In this document: piece by piece, positions 26,450-35,891 of the stretch
Numbering within the stretch: the first letter of the stretch is position 1
How the letters are laid out: every line of letters starts with the position of its first letter
Origin: Patescibacteria group bacterium
GTDB taxonomy: Bacteria > Patescibacteriota > CPR2 > UBA1875 > CAIMLA01
NCBI GenBank assembly: GCA_041738615.1
Contig: JBGSPL010000001.1
Coordinates: forward strand, 92,071 to 156,070
DNA: 64,000 bases
Reading direction: 5' to 3'
Program-made: the position numbers and the translations under genes
The notes under the pieces: model-generated
Told to the model about the DNA's origin: nothing
What the model saw: the letters and a program-made list of their open reading frames with translations, nothing else
Database searches by the model: none

Positions 26450-27148
26450 TTACCTTAGACCAGAAACCGTAAAGTCGGCAAAGTTCGCGTCCTGCTCTAC
26501 TTTGATTTCCCTTTGTTTTATCATCTCGAGGATTGCCAAGAATGTCACAATTACATCGGATTTGGTGCGGCTGCTTGCGAGGATTGAACGGAAGCTGGTT
26601 TTCTTGGAGTTTTTGATGTGGGTCAGGATTTCAGTACGCCTTTCCTCTAGGGTAACCTTCTTTTCCGTCTTGATTTCTGTCTGCTCTGGAATTTCCTCCG
26701 CTGCCTTGTTCATGACCTCGGAAAAAATAGCAAAGAGGCCCGCGCTATCCAAATCCTTTGGTGGGGAGAAAGTGGTCACTACTTCTGGTTTTCCGCGTTT
26801 CGTGAAGGAGCGATTCAATGTGGAGAGCATCCCATCGAAGTGCAGAGCGGCTTTCTTGTAGGCCTGATATTCTCGTAGTCGTTCCTCGAGATCAGCAATC
26901 TCCTCTTCTTCTTCCGCAGTTTCTACGCCAGGAATCAGCTCCTTGGATTTGATGTATAGGAGCTTGGCTGCAATCAGGAGAAAGTCGGCGATTTCGGAGC
27001 TTTCGCCTGTCATTTCCCCAATTTTCTCTAGGTAGGCCCCGGTTATCTTTGCTAGGGAGATTTGAGTAATATCAAGTTTCTCCTTCTCGATAAGAGAAAG
27101 AAGAAGGTCTAGCGGCCCCTCGAACTGTTCATCCCTCACGGAGTACAT
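26450..27148 (-). CDS. scpA: segregation and condensation protein A
   Basis: FEGPLDLLLSLIEKEKLDITQISLAKIT N-terminus. 232 aa. Confidence 0.85.
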   Translation of the reverse strand: MYSVRDEQFEGPLDLLLSLIEKEKLDITQISLAKITGAYLEKIGEMTGESSEIADFLLIAAKLLYIKSKELIPGVETAEEEEEIADLEERLREYQAYKKAALHFDGMLSTLNRSFTKRGKPEVVTTFSPPKDLDSAGLFAIFSEVMNKAAEEIPEQTEIKTEKKVTLEERRTEILTHIKNSKKTSFRSILASSRTKSDVIVTFLAILEMIKQREIKVEQDANFADFTVSGLR

Positions 27149-28452
27149 TATGGGGTGAGTCGATTAATGTCTCGTGGGAAGAGGCTGGCCTCCTTGGCAT
27201 TATCGAGACTTAAAATCTTTGCTGTGATGCGTTCACAGCCGATGGCGAGGCCACCATGCTTTGGCATGCCAAACTTAAATGCTACTAGGTAGTCGGCGAA
27301 GTCCTCTGTATTCATCTTTCGTTTTTTCATCACTGCAAGATACTCTTCATACAAGTTTAATCTCTGGCCACCAGTTGTTATCTCGACACCACGGAAAAGC
27401 AAGTCGAAGCTCAGTGTCTCTTCCGGGCTCTTTGGGTCAGGCATAGTATAGAAAGGTCGTTTCGCTACAGGATAGTGAGTGACAAAAACAAATTCACTTC
27501 CGAGATTCTTGGCAGCGTATTCGCAGATCTGACGCTCGTGCAGGGGCTCCAGGTCTGGCTCGCCAAGACACTTCTCTTTGTATTCTTTTTCAAGGATTTG
27601 CTGGACTTCAGATAGCTTGAGTCTAGGTATTTTCTTATCCATGGTCGGCAAGGTAGCACCGAGAAGCTCGAGCTCTTTGGCGCAGGTCTTCACCAGACGA
27701 CTAATAATGTGCTTTAGCATTTCTTCCTCAAGGTCCATGATGTCAGTCCAGGAGTTGATAAAGCCCATCTCGAGGTCGAGACTCAGGTATTCATTGAGGT
27801 GCCTAGAGGTGCTGTGTTTCTCGGCACGATAGATAAAGGCCGTCTCGAAAACACGTTCGTATACTCCGACCATGATTTGTTTGTACATCTGTGGGCTCTG
27901 TGAAAGGTAGGCTTTTTTACCGAAGTATTTGAAGTCAAACATCTCAGCTCCCCCAGTTTCGAGCCCTGCTTCTACAATCTTGGGAGTATTGATTTCGGTG
28001 AAGTGTTCGCCACTCAAATATTCGCGAAATCCTGCCAGGATTTCTCCCTGCACCTTGAAGATGGCTCTCTGGGATGGGGCTCGCAGGGTCAGTGGCCTAT
28101 TATCAAAAAGAGTATCTAGGTTTACGTTTAGGTCCTTCTTGTTTAGGGAAATGGGCACATCCTCGGTCACTGGCGAGATTATGTCCACTGCGGTTACATG
28201 GATTTCGGCTCCTTCAGGAGCGCGCTCCTCGGCAACCACAGAGCCCGTAACGCTAACGACAGATTCGGTAGTTAGGTCTTTTAGTTTGTCGTTTTCGGCG
28301 CCAGCATCAATAATTGCCTGCACTAGTCCGTCACGATCTCGAATCACCAAGAAGCTGATAGCACCGAGTTTACGGAGCTTGTGTACCCAGCCTTTTACCG
28401 TGATTTCTTTGCCGATGTATTTTGATATCTCTGTTGAGTAGACTCTTTCCAT
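27148..28452 (-). CDS. aspS: aspartate--tRNA ligase, archaeal/eukaryal-type class IIb (possibly non-discriminating)
   Basis: N-terminal OB anticodon-binding domain. Motif 2 is YRAEKHSTSRHLNEY (archaeal AspRS-like FRAEEHNTTRHLNE) and motif 3 is GGLAIGCERI. 434 aa. Confidence 0.8.
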   Translation of the reverse strand: MERVYSTEISKYIGKEITVKGWVHKLRKLGAISFLVIRDRDGLVQAIIDAGAENDKLKDLTTESVVSVTGSVVAEERAPEGAEIHVTAVDIISPVTEDVPISLNKKDLNVNLDTLFDNRPLTLRAPSQRAIFKVQGEILAGFREYLSGEHFTEINTPKIVEAGLETGGAEMFDFKYFGKKAYLSQSPQMYKQIMVGVYERVFETAFIYRAEKHSTSRHLNEYLSLDLEMGFINSWTDIMDLEEEMLKHIISRLVKTCAKELELLGATLPTMDKKIPRLKLSEVQQILEKEYKEKCLGEPDLEPLHERQICEYAAKNLGSEFVFVTHYPVAKRPFYTMPDPKSPEETLSFDLLFRGVEITTGGQRLNLYEEYLAVMKKRKMNTEDFADYLVAFKFGMPKHGGLAIGCERITAKILSLDNAKEASLFPRDINRLTP

Positions 28453-28518
28453 GGTTTTCGCTTTCTTGATAAGTTGATTTCAAAGCTTATTCTAACAAAA
28501 AACGACCTTATAGTAAAC

Positions 28519-28550
28519 GAAAAGAGCCAGCATGCGCTGGCTCTTTTCGA
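28519..28550. terminator. rho-independent terminator after the response-regulator/histidine-kinase operon
   Basis: aagagccagc-atgc-gctggctctt forms a 10-bp stem, with a T-rich flank on the minus strand. Confidence 0.55.
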
Positions 28551-28560
28551 ATGCAGATGG

Positions 28561-28929
28561 CTACCGAGCCAGCACTGCCTTTGCCTTATCTATAACATCG
28601 GTCAAAGTGACCTGTGATTTTACTAGGTATTCATCGGCTCCAAGGGACTTACCCTTGTCCACGTCTGTCTCCTGAGAGAGAGCCGTCATCATGATTACTT
28701 TTGTGTCCTTCGTCTCTGGTGTCGCGCGCAAGATGTCGAGCACGTCAAAACCACTAATCTTCGGCATCATCACATCTAAAATAATTAGGTCAGGTTTTTC
28801 TTTAACGGCTTGTGTGAGGGCCATTTCGCCGTCAGAGGCGGTAACTACGTCATACCCTTCTGCCATAAAGCGGGCAGAATAAATGTCCCTTAGGGCAACG
28901 TCATCTTCTACTAGTAATACTTTTGCCAT
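28561..28929 (-). CDS. single-domain response regulator (CheY-like receiver)
   Basis: VLLVEDD...DLIILDVMMPKISGFDVL with a conserved Asp pocket. 122 aa and no output domain. Confidence 0.85.
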   Translation of the reverse strand: MAKVLLVEDDVALRDIYSARFMAEGYDVVTASDGEMALTQAVKEKPDLIILDVMMPKISGFDVLDILRATPETKDTKVIMMTALSQETDVDKGKSLGADEYLVKSQVTLTDVIDKAKAVLAR

Positions 28930-28959
28930 ATTTCCCTCAGTTACTTTCTGTCTTTAATC

Positions 28960-30627
28960 TTAATCCAAACTCCTTGGTATTGTAAAGTAAAACTTGGTCC
29001 CCTTGTTCACCTGGCTCTCAAGCCAGATGGAACCGCCAAACATTTCTACAATCGAACGAGTAATAAAGAGACCTAGGCCGGTACCACCTACCTCACGAGT
29101 CGCGGTATTGTCGTAACGGTAGAATTTCTCGAAGATGTGTTTTTGGCCATCTGCTGGGATTCCCATGCCGGTATCAGCGACACAAACCGTGGCAAAGTCT
29201 TTGTCGTAAGCTATAGAGATTGTCACTTCGCCCTCGCTCGTGTACTTCAGGCCATTCTCCACTAGATTGTATAGAACCTCTCTGGCCTGTTCTTTGTCGG
29301 CAACAACATTCAGCGATCTTCCCACAGCTTTCTCTCCCTTGATTGAGCTGCCAGTAGTCTCTTGTAGTTTTAGACCCAGATTTCGCGACTTGGCATTCTG
29401 CCCCATGGCTTCTACTACCTCGGCCGCAAGTTCGTGGATGCTAAACTTCGTAATGTCAGTTTGAATCTTCCCTTCCTCAATCTTGGTCACCGTAAGCAAG
29501 TTTTTCACTAGGTTCGACATCCCGAGAGCTTGGCCACGGGCCTTGGTGACGTATTCGCGGGCTTTGTCGTCAATCTTACATATCTTCTCATTTTCGATAA
29601 GTTCCATGTAACCTTCCATAGCGGTAATTGGGGTGCGGAGCTCATGCGAGGCCGTAGAAACGAACTCATTACGAAGCCGTTCCACCTCTTTCTTGGAGGT
29701 AATATCACGGAAAACGCAGATGGCACCGGTAAGTTTGCCGTTCTTGTCCTTGATCGGAGAGTAAGAGCTAGAGATTACAATTTTCTTATTACCGCGTTTT
29801 TTGTTGAAGCAAGTATCGTCACGGAGAACGTTTTCGCCCGTGTTCCAGACGTTTAGAGCCGGGCAATCCTTTTGACAGACACTGATGTCGGTTTCGTTTT
29901 TTAGGTTCATTGCGGTCCAGCATTTGAGTCCTATAGCTTCGCTGGCCTTCCAGCCGGTCATTTCCTCGGCAGCGCCGTTGAACATGGTCATGTTACGGTC
30001 CATATCGACTACATATACTCCATCCGCAATGCCAGCGAGTAGCGCCTCTTCCTTGTTTTGTGAGGCAGAGAGCTGCAGATTGGAGCTCTCTAGGTCGCAT
30101 TTTTCTTGCAAGGCCCCGCGATATTTTTCTCCAATGTAATAAAAAAGAATCGATATCATGGCAGCAGCCACAAAAACTGTTGTAGTGGCACTTAGGTCTA
30201 CGCCGAGAAGCACCACGGACAGCACTAGATAAGTAATGAGCAGCAGGTCAAAACCTACCCCCCACCATGGACCAAGGATAAAGCCTGCCACTATCAGCGG
30301 TACAATAATAATGATATAGAGAGAATCGGCCCCACCGAGAAAGTCGGCCAAGAACATTGGCATTAGTGAACCTAGCAAGTAGAGTATGCCGACTGCTAGC
30401 TCCTCGTGTTTTTCTCGCAAAGAAGTAAATACGAGGGAGTACAGAAAAAGCAGGGCTGCTCCACCTACCGCAAACCTCATTCCTTCATAGTAAACTACAT
30501 CCGAGTGAGTAAATATGGCCAGAACCACAAATATCGCTATCAGCGCCGCACTGAAAATCCCGGCTGCGAGCGCCAGCTTATTCTCTACATCTTTTGAAAT
30601 TAAAAGCACTAGTCCCCTCCGTTTCAT
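28960..30627 (-). CDS. membrane sensor histidine kinase (multi-TM N-terminal domain, PAS, HisKA, HATPase_c)
   Basis: About 6 N-terminal TM helices, a PAS-like middle, an H-box (ASHELRTPITAMEGYMELI) and a G-box (GGTGLGLFITRSIVEMFGG). Confidence 0.85.
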   Translation of the reverse strand: MKRRGLVLLISKDVENKLALAAGIFSAALIAIFVVLAIFTHSDVVYYEGMRFAVGGAALLFLYSLVFTSLREKHEELAVGILYLLGSLMPMFLADFLGGADSLYIIIIVPLIVAGFILGPWWGVGFDLLLITYLVLSVVLLGVDLSATTTVFVAAAMISILFYYIGEKYRGALQEKCDLESSNLQLSASQNKEEALLAGIADGVYVVDMDRNMTMFNGAAEEMTGWKASEAIGLKCWTAMNLKNETDISVCQKDCPALNVWNTGENVLRDDTCFNKKRGNKKIVISSSYSPIKDKNGKLTGAICVFRDITSKKEVERLRNEFVSTASHELRTPITAMEGYMELIENEKICKIDDKAREYVTKARGQALGMSNLVKNLLTVTKIEEGKIQTDITKFSIHELAAEVVEAMGQNAKSRNLGLKLQETTGSSIKGEKAVGRSLNVVADKEQAREVLYNLVENGLKYTSEGEVTISIAYDKDFATVCVADTGMGIPADGQKHIFEKFYRYDNTATREVGGTGLGLFITRSIVEMFGGSIWLESQVNKGTKFYFTIPRSLD

Positions 30628-30646
30628 ATGTAACGATACCTTAGAT

Positions 30647-31627
30647 TCAGCTTGGATTCAAGAAAAAGCCCTGTTCTAGCATCGTCGTGGCATCGTAAGT
30701 CTTTGAATTCGCATTAAAGTAAACGATGATTACTCGGCGGCCATCCTTTTTGGCGACACCAATATAGGTGTTTCCAGCCTCGTATGTAAATCCCGTCTTC
30801 GCGCCCTCCATCCCGGTGTAGGTTTTGAGCAGAGTGCTGAGCTGATAGTAGCTATGTGGCTCGTTGTGGCTAGTACCCGCCACACTATAGTCATCTACCC
30901 GCCCCATATACTTCAAAAAATCAGGCTGAGTGCGAATGGCATACTCTGTGATGGCGGCCATGTCGAAGGCACTACTATAGTGCTTCGGGTCATCAAGACC
31001 GTTTGGAGTCACGAAATGGCTATTTGTAAGGCCAAGCTCCTTCACCTTCTGGTTCATTTTGTTCATGAAGGCTGCTCTGCCACCTGGGTCGCACTCGGCT
31101 ATTACCTCAGCTGCGTCGTTGGCGCTGATCATCATCATCCCATAAAGCAGATCTTCGACACTTAGTCTCTCCCCTGCCTTCATCACAATCTTGTAGGGTT
31201 CGGTGTCGGCAGCCTCCTGCGAAACGGTGCAGAGCTTATCGGTTTTGAAAGTTTCTAGCGCCACAACGGCGGTAAGCACCTTGGTGATGCTTGCCGGGGG
31301 TAGCTGGGTATGCATATTGTTGTCGAGAAGTACTTGCCTAGTATCGTAATCTAGGATTACAGCACCCTTTGAGGAGACGGCAAGCGATTGTGGGTTCTTG
31401 GTGAGCCAATCAGTCTTGGGATAATATTTTTCTTTGTTTGAAGTAATAATCTTTGCCAACTCGCGAGCCGAGATGTCATCCCCTCCGGTTTTGTAGCGAC
31501 CTTTGCCGCTGGTACCCTGTGACAGCCCAATTCCGGCGACGATAGCAACTATCAAAAAAGCTCCGGCGACCACTTTCCCCTGCTTGGAGCGGAGGATATT
31601 TGCTAGAGCTGTAAGTACTTTTTGCAT
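30647..31627 (-). CDS. D-alanyl-D-alanine carboxypeptidase (S11), copy 2
   Basis: TM/signal segment, SxxK (ASITKVLTAVVAL), SxN (ISANDAA) and KTG (AKTGFT). 326 aa. Confidence 0.8.
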   Translation of the reverse strand: MQKVLTALANILRSKQGKVVAGAFLIVAIVAGIGLSQGTSGKGRYKTGGDDISARELAKIITSNKEKYYPKTDWLTKNPQSLAVSSKGAVILDYDTRQVLLDNNMHTQLPPASITKVLTAVVALETFKTDKLCTVSQEAADTEPYKIVMKAGERLSVEDLLYGMMMISANDAAEVIAECDPGGRAAFMNKMNQKVKELGLTNSHFVTPNGLDDPKHYSSAFDMAAITEYAIRTQPDFLKYMGRVDDYSVAGTSHNEPHSYYQLSTLLKTYTGMEGAKTGFTYEAGNTYIGVAKKDGRRVIIVYFNANSKTYDATTMLEQGFFLNPS

Positions 31628-31687
31628 GAGTAATATTGTAATGGAAAAGAAGGGTGAGGTAAAGAATCTATTTATAAAAGCAGAAAA

Positions 31688-31954
31688 CTAAAACCAGGAA
31701 TTGGGTCTATGATTCTTTCCCTGCTCGTGATCATGTCTTTTTGTCTCAGCTTCTTGTTCTCTAATTTCAGCCTGAACTTCCTGTTTGTGGCGTTCTAACT
31801 CTCTTTCTGCCCTCCGGGCTTCCTCTTTCTCTTTCTGCGCGTGCTTTTCGGCCTCTCGTAAATCGACTCTAGCTTCTTCTGCGACGAGCTCTGCACGTTT
31901 TCGGGTCTCTTCAGCCTCCTTGTCAAGCAGCCTTTCTTCTTCGGTAATACTCAT
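31688..31954 (-). CDS. small highly charged coiled-coil protein
   Basis: 88-aa protein, mostly E/K/R with a heptad-like pattern. No domain recognised. Confidence 0.4.
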   Translation of the reverse strand: MSITEEERLLDKEAEETRKRAELVAEEARVDLREAEKHAQKEKEEARRAERELERHKQEVQAEIREQEAETKRHDHEQGKNHRPNSWF

Positions 31955-32017
31955 TTTGGCTCCTTTCTTCTATATCTATTATACATCTAGTGCATAGCAC
32001 AGAACTCGAATCTATCC

Positions 32018-32046
32018 TTGAAGTACGCGGCTAATTCTGGTATAAT
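32018..32046 (+). promoter_or_regulatory. sigma-70-type promoter of tRNA-Glu (TTGAAG-17-TATAAT)
   Basis: -35 at 32018-32023 and -10 at 32041-32046. The tRNA 5' end is 15 nt downstream. Confidence 0.6.
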
Positions 32047-32060
32047 TTCTCGGTAATTAT

Positions 32061-32135
32061 GGTCCCATCGTCTAGCGGTTAGGACATCTCCCTCTCACGG
32101 AGGAAACAGGGGTTCGATTCCCCTTGGGACTACCA
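32061..32135 (+). tRNA. tRNA-Glu (anticodon CUC)
   Basis: Cloverleaf: 7-bp acceptor (ggtccca/tgggact), D arm gtct..ggac, anticodon stem tctcc/ggagg with loop cuCUCac, T arm gggg-ttcgatt-cccc, encoded CCA. Confidence 0.85.
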
Positions 32136-32138
32136 AAA

Positions 32139-32181
32139 GAAGCACAAATTTCTTAGCGATATTTGTGCTTCTTTATTTGTT
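32139..32181 (+). terminator. rho-independent terminator after tRNA-Glu
   Basis: gaagcacaaat / atttgtgcttc forms an 11-bp stem, followed by tttatttgtt. Confidence 0.75.
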
Positions 32182-32208
32182 AACTATATAGCCATTTTTG
32201 CCTAATCG

Positions 32209-32631
32209 TTATTCTTCGAAGGAATCAATCTCGTATTCTTGGGCTAGATTGTGTAGGATTTTTCTGACATCTTCATGAACCTTATTATCGTCAGATTCAA
32301 GTCCGAAGGTGTCTTCGAAAACGACTTCTACGTACAATGGGAAGCCTTCAGCGTCCTCTTCCTCGGCCAATCCTTGTTTTTGTGAGTAAATTTCTGCTCC
32401 TAATCGATTAGAAATCTCATCGATATCACCCTGGGCTACTAGATTTGCAAACAGCTGTCGCCTAGTATATTTTGCCAGAGCTAGTATCCTGTCTGATTCG
32501 TTTTGGGTTCGTTTTTCTGCCTTCATACCATCCTGCATGGCAGCTAGTTGTTCGTTGAGATTAGTAATATTAGTTTCTAACGCAAGTTGCTCGCCCCTTG
32601 GGCTCTCTGGTGACAAGATATTTTCACTCAT
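32209..32631 (-). CDS. hypothetical acidic protein
   Basis: 140-aa ORF with a good ribosome-binding-site context and no recognisable domain. Confidence 0.5.
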   Translation of the reverse strand: MSENILSPESPRGEQLALETNITNLNEQLAAMQDGMKAEKRTQNESDRILALAKYTRRQLFANLVAQGDIDEISNRLGAEIYSQKQGLAEEEDAEGFPLYVEVVFEDTFGLESDDNKVHEDVRKILHNLAQEYEIDSFEE

Positions 32632-32716
32632 ATTGGTCTCCTTATTCCATATTTTATCATAAATTAAATAACTCCCCGACGAATCAAGGAGTTATTTATA
32701 AAAGTAAGAAAAGTGA

Positions 32717-32861
32717 CTATGCACCAATCTTGAACATCTTAGTTCCGCAAACAGGACAAGTGCCTTTAGTAGCTGGACGACCATTCTTCATGGTGATCTT
32801 CTCTTCAGCCTTCATTTCCTGTTTAGCTTTGCATTTTACGCAATAACCTACTGTTGCCATT
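32717..32861 (-). pseudogene. DUF5679-type dual CxxC zinc-ribbon small protein gene with apparent +1 indel
   Basis: Not in the ORF track. GGAGGTGG ribosome-binding site, then ATG. Frame 1 gives MATVGYCVKCKAKQGNEG*. The shifted frame continues EMKAEEKITMKNGRPATKGTCPVCGTKMFKIGA*. Only the joined reading has both CxxC knuckles. The extra base is in the a-run aaacaagg near 32818-32824. Confidence 0.4.
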
Positions 32862-33008
32862 CTACGCCACCTCCTTCCATCTGGATTTGTAACACGTGGC
32901 TACAGCTATAATTTGGACCATGCTGCTTAGCTTGTCAAGCACAACCTGTGAATAATCGTGCTCAAAGATTTTCGGAAGACATATATTATGCCTTTGTACG
33001 GGCAAAAA

Positions 33009-33953
33009 CTATTTTTGAGATTTTTTGTCTAAGTAGGCGCCATAAGTAGCTACCGAGCCCTCTGCAGCAGCGACGATAATTTGCTTTAGCTTATTGTTTT
33101 TATTGGTAATGTCGCCTGCAGCCCAAACCCCAGGCACGCTAGTAGATTGGTCGTCGTTGACTACGATGTAGCCCTTTTCGTCAGTTTTGATTCCTAACCC
33201 GGCGGTAATAGCTTTTCCGGGGGTGGTGCCAATCTCGACAAACACGCCATCGGTTTTTAAGGTTTCGCCATTATCAAGCACGAGGCCGGTGACTGTTTGC
33301 TCTCCGATAATCTCTGCAGGATTAACGTTTAACACGAGCTCTATCTTTTCATTTTTCTTCACCTCATCCACCCATGAAGGCTCGGCACGAAGTTCGCCTT
33401 GTCTGTAAACCAGGTATACCTTTTTGGCGATATCAGCAAGCATCAAGGCTCCCGTGCAGGCGCTATCCGAGCCGCCAATAACTACGACAGTGCGCTCGCG
33501 AAAGAAGAATGCGTCACAGGTAGTGCAGTACGAAACACCCTTTCCGAGAAAGGCATCTTCGCCCTTGATGCCGAGCTTATTGCGTTCAGTGCCAATCGCT
33601 AGGATCAGACGTTCTGATTCTATGTTTTCACCGTCCTTTACAACTGTAAAGACTTTGTCTTTCTGGGAGATGCCCCTAACGTCTGTGGTAAAAACATCCA
33701 CCGCCATGCTCTTCACGTGGTCTAGGAATTGCCCTACTAGTACCGGGCCTGTGATGGTCTTGATTCCCAACCAGTTCTCTACTGCATGCGCTTCGTTTAC
33801 ATATCCGCCAGGCAGTTTGCCTACCATGGCCACTTTCATCTTGTATCTGGCTGCATAAACTGCTGCCGACATAGCCGCAGGACCAGCACCCACTATTATA
33901 AGATCATACATATCGTTCTCCTTGCTTATTGTCGTATCAATATATTTTACCAC
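33009..33953 (-). CDS. trxB: thioredoxin-disulfide reductase-like flavoprotein
   Basis: FAD motif DLIIVGAGPAAMSAAVYAAR, redox CTTC, NADPH motif VVVIGGSDSA. 314 aa. Confidence 0.8.
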   Translation of the reverse strand: MVKYIDTTISKENDMYDLIIVGAGPAAMSAAVYAARYKMKVAMVGKLPGGYVNEAHAVENWLGIKTITGPVLVGQFLDHVKSMAVDVFTTDVRGISQKDKVFTVVKDGENIESERLILAIGTERNKLGIKGEDAFLGKGVSYCTTCDAFFFRERTVVVIGGSDSACTGALMLADIAKKVYLVYRQGELRAEPSWVDEVKKNEKIELVLNVNPAEIIGEQTVTGLVLDNGETLKTDGVFVEIGTTPGKAITAGLGIKTDEKGYIVVNDDQSTSVPGVWAAGDITNKNNKLKQIIVAAAEGSVATYGAYLDKKSQK

Positions 33954-33971
33954 AAGGAGAGTCTGAAGCAG

Positions 33972-34097
33972 CTACTCTGTATCGCTACCAGGCGAACCGT
34001 CGCTATCAAGGAGCTGTTCTACGAGAGACACAAACTCCACAGGTGTGATGAGACCTGCCTTGTAGTGGTCGAGAAAACGCTGGATTTTGGCTTTCAT
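33972..34097 (-). CDS. 41-aa small ORF upstream of trxB (MKAKIQRFLDHYKAGLITPVEFVSLVEQLLDSDGSPGSDTE)
   Basis: Not in the ORF track. AGGAAGGAA ribosome-binding site. Coordinates are approximate to about 1 nt. Confidence 0.25.
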   Translation of the reverse strand: MKAKIQRFLDHYKAGLITPVEFVSLVEQLLDSDGSPGSDTE

Positions 34098-34326
34098 CTT
34101 GTTCCTTCCTGCCCTTTCGAAGTCTTAGCGAAGACGGGTCATTTCGCTTAACAAAAAAGAGAGAGTCGTGTACTCTCCCCATTTGTCTCAATGAAGTTTC
34201 TATTCATAATCACAAAAATTAGTGATATCGTTTTCATCTTTGTGACTACAATAATGAAACTATATATTACTAATGTCAATACCCAGATACCCGATAGGCT
34301 GTGCATAACTACCTACTATCCACAGG

Positions 34327-35691
34327 CTAATTTTGAACTAGTTCGTCCCCTACTTTATAGACGGGACCGGCTCCAATCGTAAGGATTATGTCGTTTGACT
34401 GGGTATTTTGAATTAGATACTCCAGAGTTTCTGGAAAATCGGTGAAGAAGAGGGCCTTTCCTGGAGTGGTTACATTGAGGCTATCTACGATATCTTTGGA
34501 GGAAATGCTCGCTACGTCTTCGGCAGTATCACGCACAGCATATATCTCAGGCATGATTACGAAATCAGCAGCACTGAGTGCACTCACGAAGTCACTTTTT
34601 AGTAGTCTGGTACGGCTATGCTGGTGTGGCTGGAAAACTGCCACTATTCTTCTGGACGGATAACGATCTCGGGCGGCACTAATAGTAGCCGCAAGCTCCG
34701 TAGGATGGTGTGCATAGTCATCAATTACCGGAGCCCCCTGGTACACCCCCTTGAGCTGAAAACGTCGCTCAGCGCCCCTAAACACGGCTAGAGAGCCTTT
34801 CACAGCCTCCATCTCGGCCTTTGTCTCCCGAACGGCTGCAATAGAGGCTAGGGCGTTTAGGATATTGTGCTTTCCGGGGACAGAAATAGTAAAATCTCCT
34901 AGTCCCTGGACTGTGAAGCGAGAGTCATTTTCGGAAATTACTACATTCTCGGCCACAAAGTCATTGTTTGAGTTAAACCCGTAGCTAATCTTTATTCCTT
35001 CGTAATGACTCGCGACTTCGCGTGAATTTGTATCATCACCGCAATATACCAAGAAACCAGCTGGATCTACCTGTTCTATAAACTGGGTAAACGCTGCCTT
35101 GATGTCGTCTATATCTTTGTAGCAATCGAGGTGATCAGCGTCGATATTGGTAATGATTGCTGCGTATGGGTGGATATCTAGAAACGCACGCTGGTATTCG
35201 CAGACCTCGGCGACCGAGTACTCCCCTTTCCCCAGGCGACTGTTACTACCAATGCTATCGATTTCGGCGCCCACTACGACCGTAGGGTCGAGACCGGCGG
35301 CAATTAGTGCTTCGGCGAGCATACTAGAGGTGGTAGTTTTGCCATGAGTGCCAGTAACTGCGATTGCCCGGCTTTTGGTAATAATCTCGTTTAGTAGCTC
35401 GGGGCGTTTTACTATATTTAGTCCTAGCTCCGTAGCCTTAGTAAGTTCGGCGTTGTCCGTGGGTATTGCCGCCGAGACTACGACGACGTCGATATCTGGA
35501 GTGACGTGTCCTGCCTCCTGGGAATCATAAAAAGTGGCTCCTATATCAGTAAGAGCTTTGGTTTCCTCGTTTGGGACAGGGTCGGAGCCAGAGACCTTAT
35601 GGCCTTCCTGAAGTAGAATTTTGGCCAGGCCGCTCATCCCGATTCCACCAATCCCGATAAAAAAGTAGTGCTTTCTGTCCATATTAAGCAA
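34327..35691 (-). CDS. murC: UDP-N-acetylmuramate--L-alanine ligase
   Basis: FIGIGGIGMSGLA N-terminal Rossmann, TGTHGKTTT P-loop, Mur ligase middle and C-terminal domains. 454 aa. Confidence 0.9.
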   Translation of the reverse strand: MLNMDRKHYFFIGIGGIGMSGLAKILLQEGHKVSGSDPVPNEETKALTDIGATFYDSQEAGHVTPDIDVVVVSAAIPTDNAELTKATELGLNIVKRPELLNEIITKSRAIAVTGTHGKTTTSSMLAEALIAAGLDPTVVVGAEIDSIGSNSRLGKGEYSVAEVCEYQRAFLDIHPYAAIITNIDADHLDCYKDIDDIKAAFTQFIEQVDPAGFLVYCGDDTNSREVASHYEGIKISYGFNSNNDFVAENVVISENDSRFTVQGLGDFTISVPGKHNILNALASIAAVRETKAEMEAVKGSLAVFRGAERRFQLKGVYQGAPVIDDYAHHPTELAATISAARDRYPSRRIVAVFQPHQHSRTRLLKSDFVSALSAADFVIMPEIYAVRDTAEDVASISSKDIVDSLNVTTPGKALFFTDFPETLEYLIQNTQSNDIILTIGAGPVYKVGDELVQN

Positions 35692-35890
35692 AAATGTAGA
35701 TTAGGGCGCTGAGGCCGTGGATCAAAGCTAGTCCTAGTAGGACAAAGGCTATGATCTTGTGATATTTAAAATCAATTTTGAGCACCCTCGTACCGATCAG
35801 TATTTGGATAATTAGTACGGTGAGGACTGTAAGTCCGCCCCAAGCGACAAGGGGCATTCCAAGTACTGTGCTTGCAACTAGTGTTTTCAT
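35684..35890 (-). CDS. small two-TM membrane protein
   Basis: 68-aa protein with two hydrophobic helices. It sits between the desulforedoxin-like gene and murC. Confidence 0.45.
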   Translation of the reverse strand: MKTLVASTVLGMPLVAWGGLTVLTVLIIQILIGTRVLKIDFKYHKIIAFVLLGLALIHGLSALIYIFA

Positions 35891-35891
35891 T

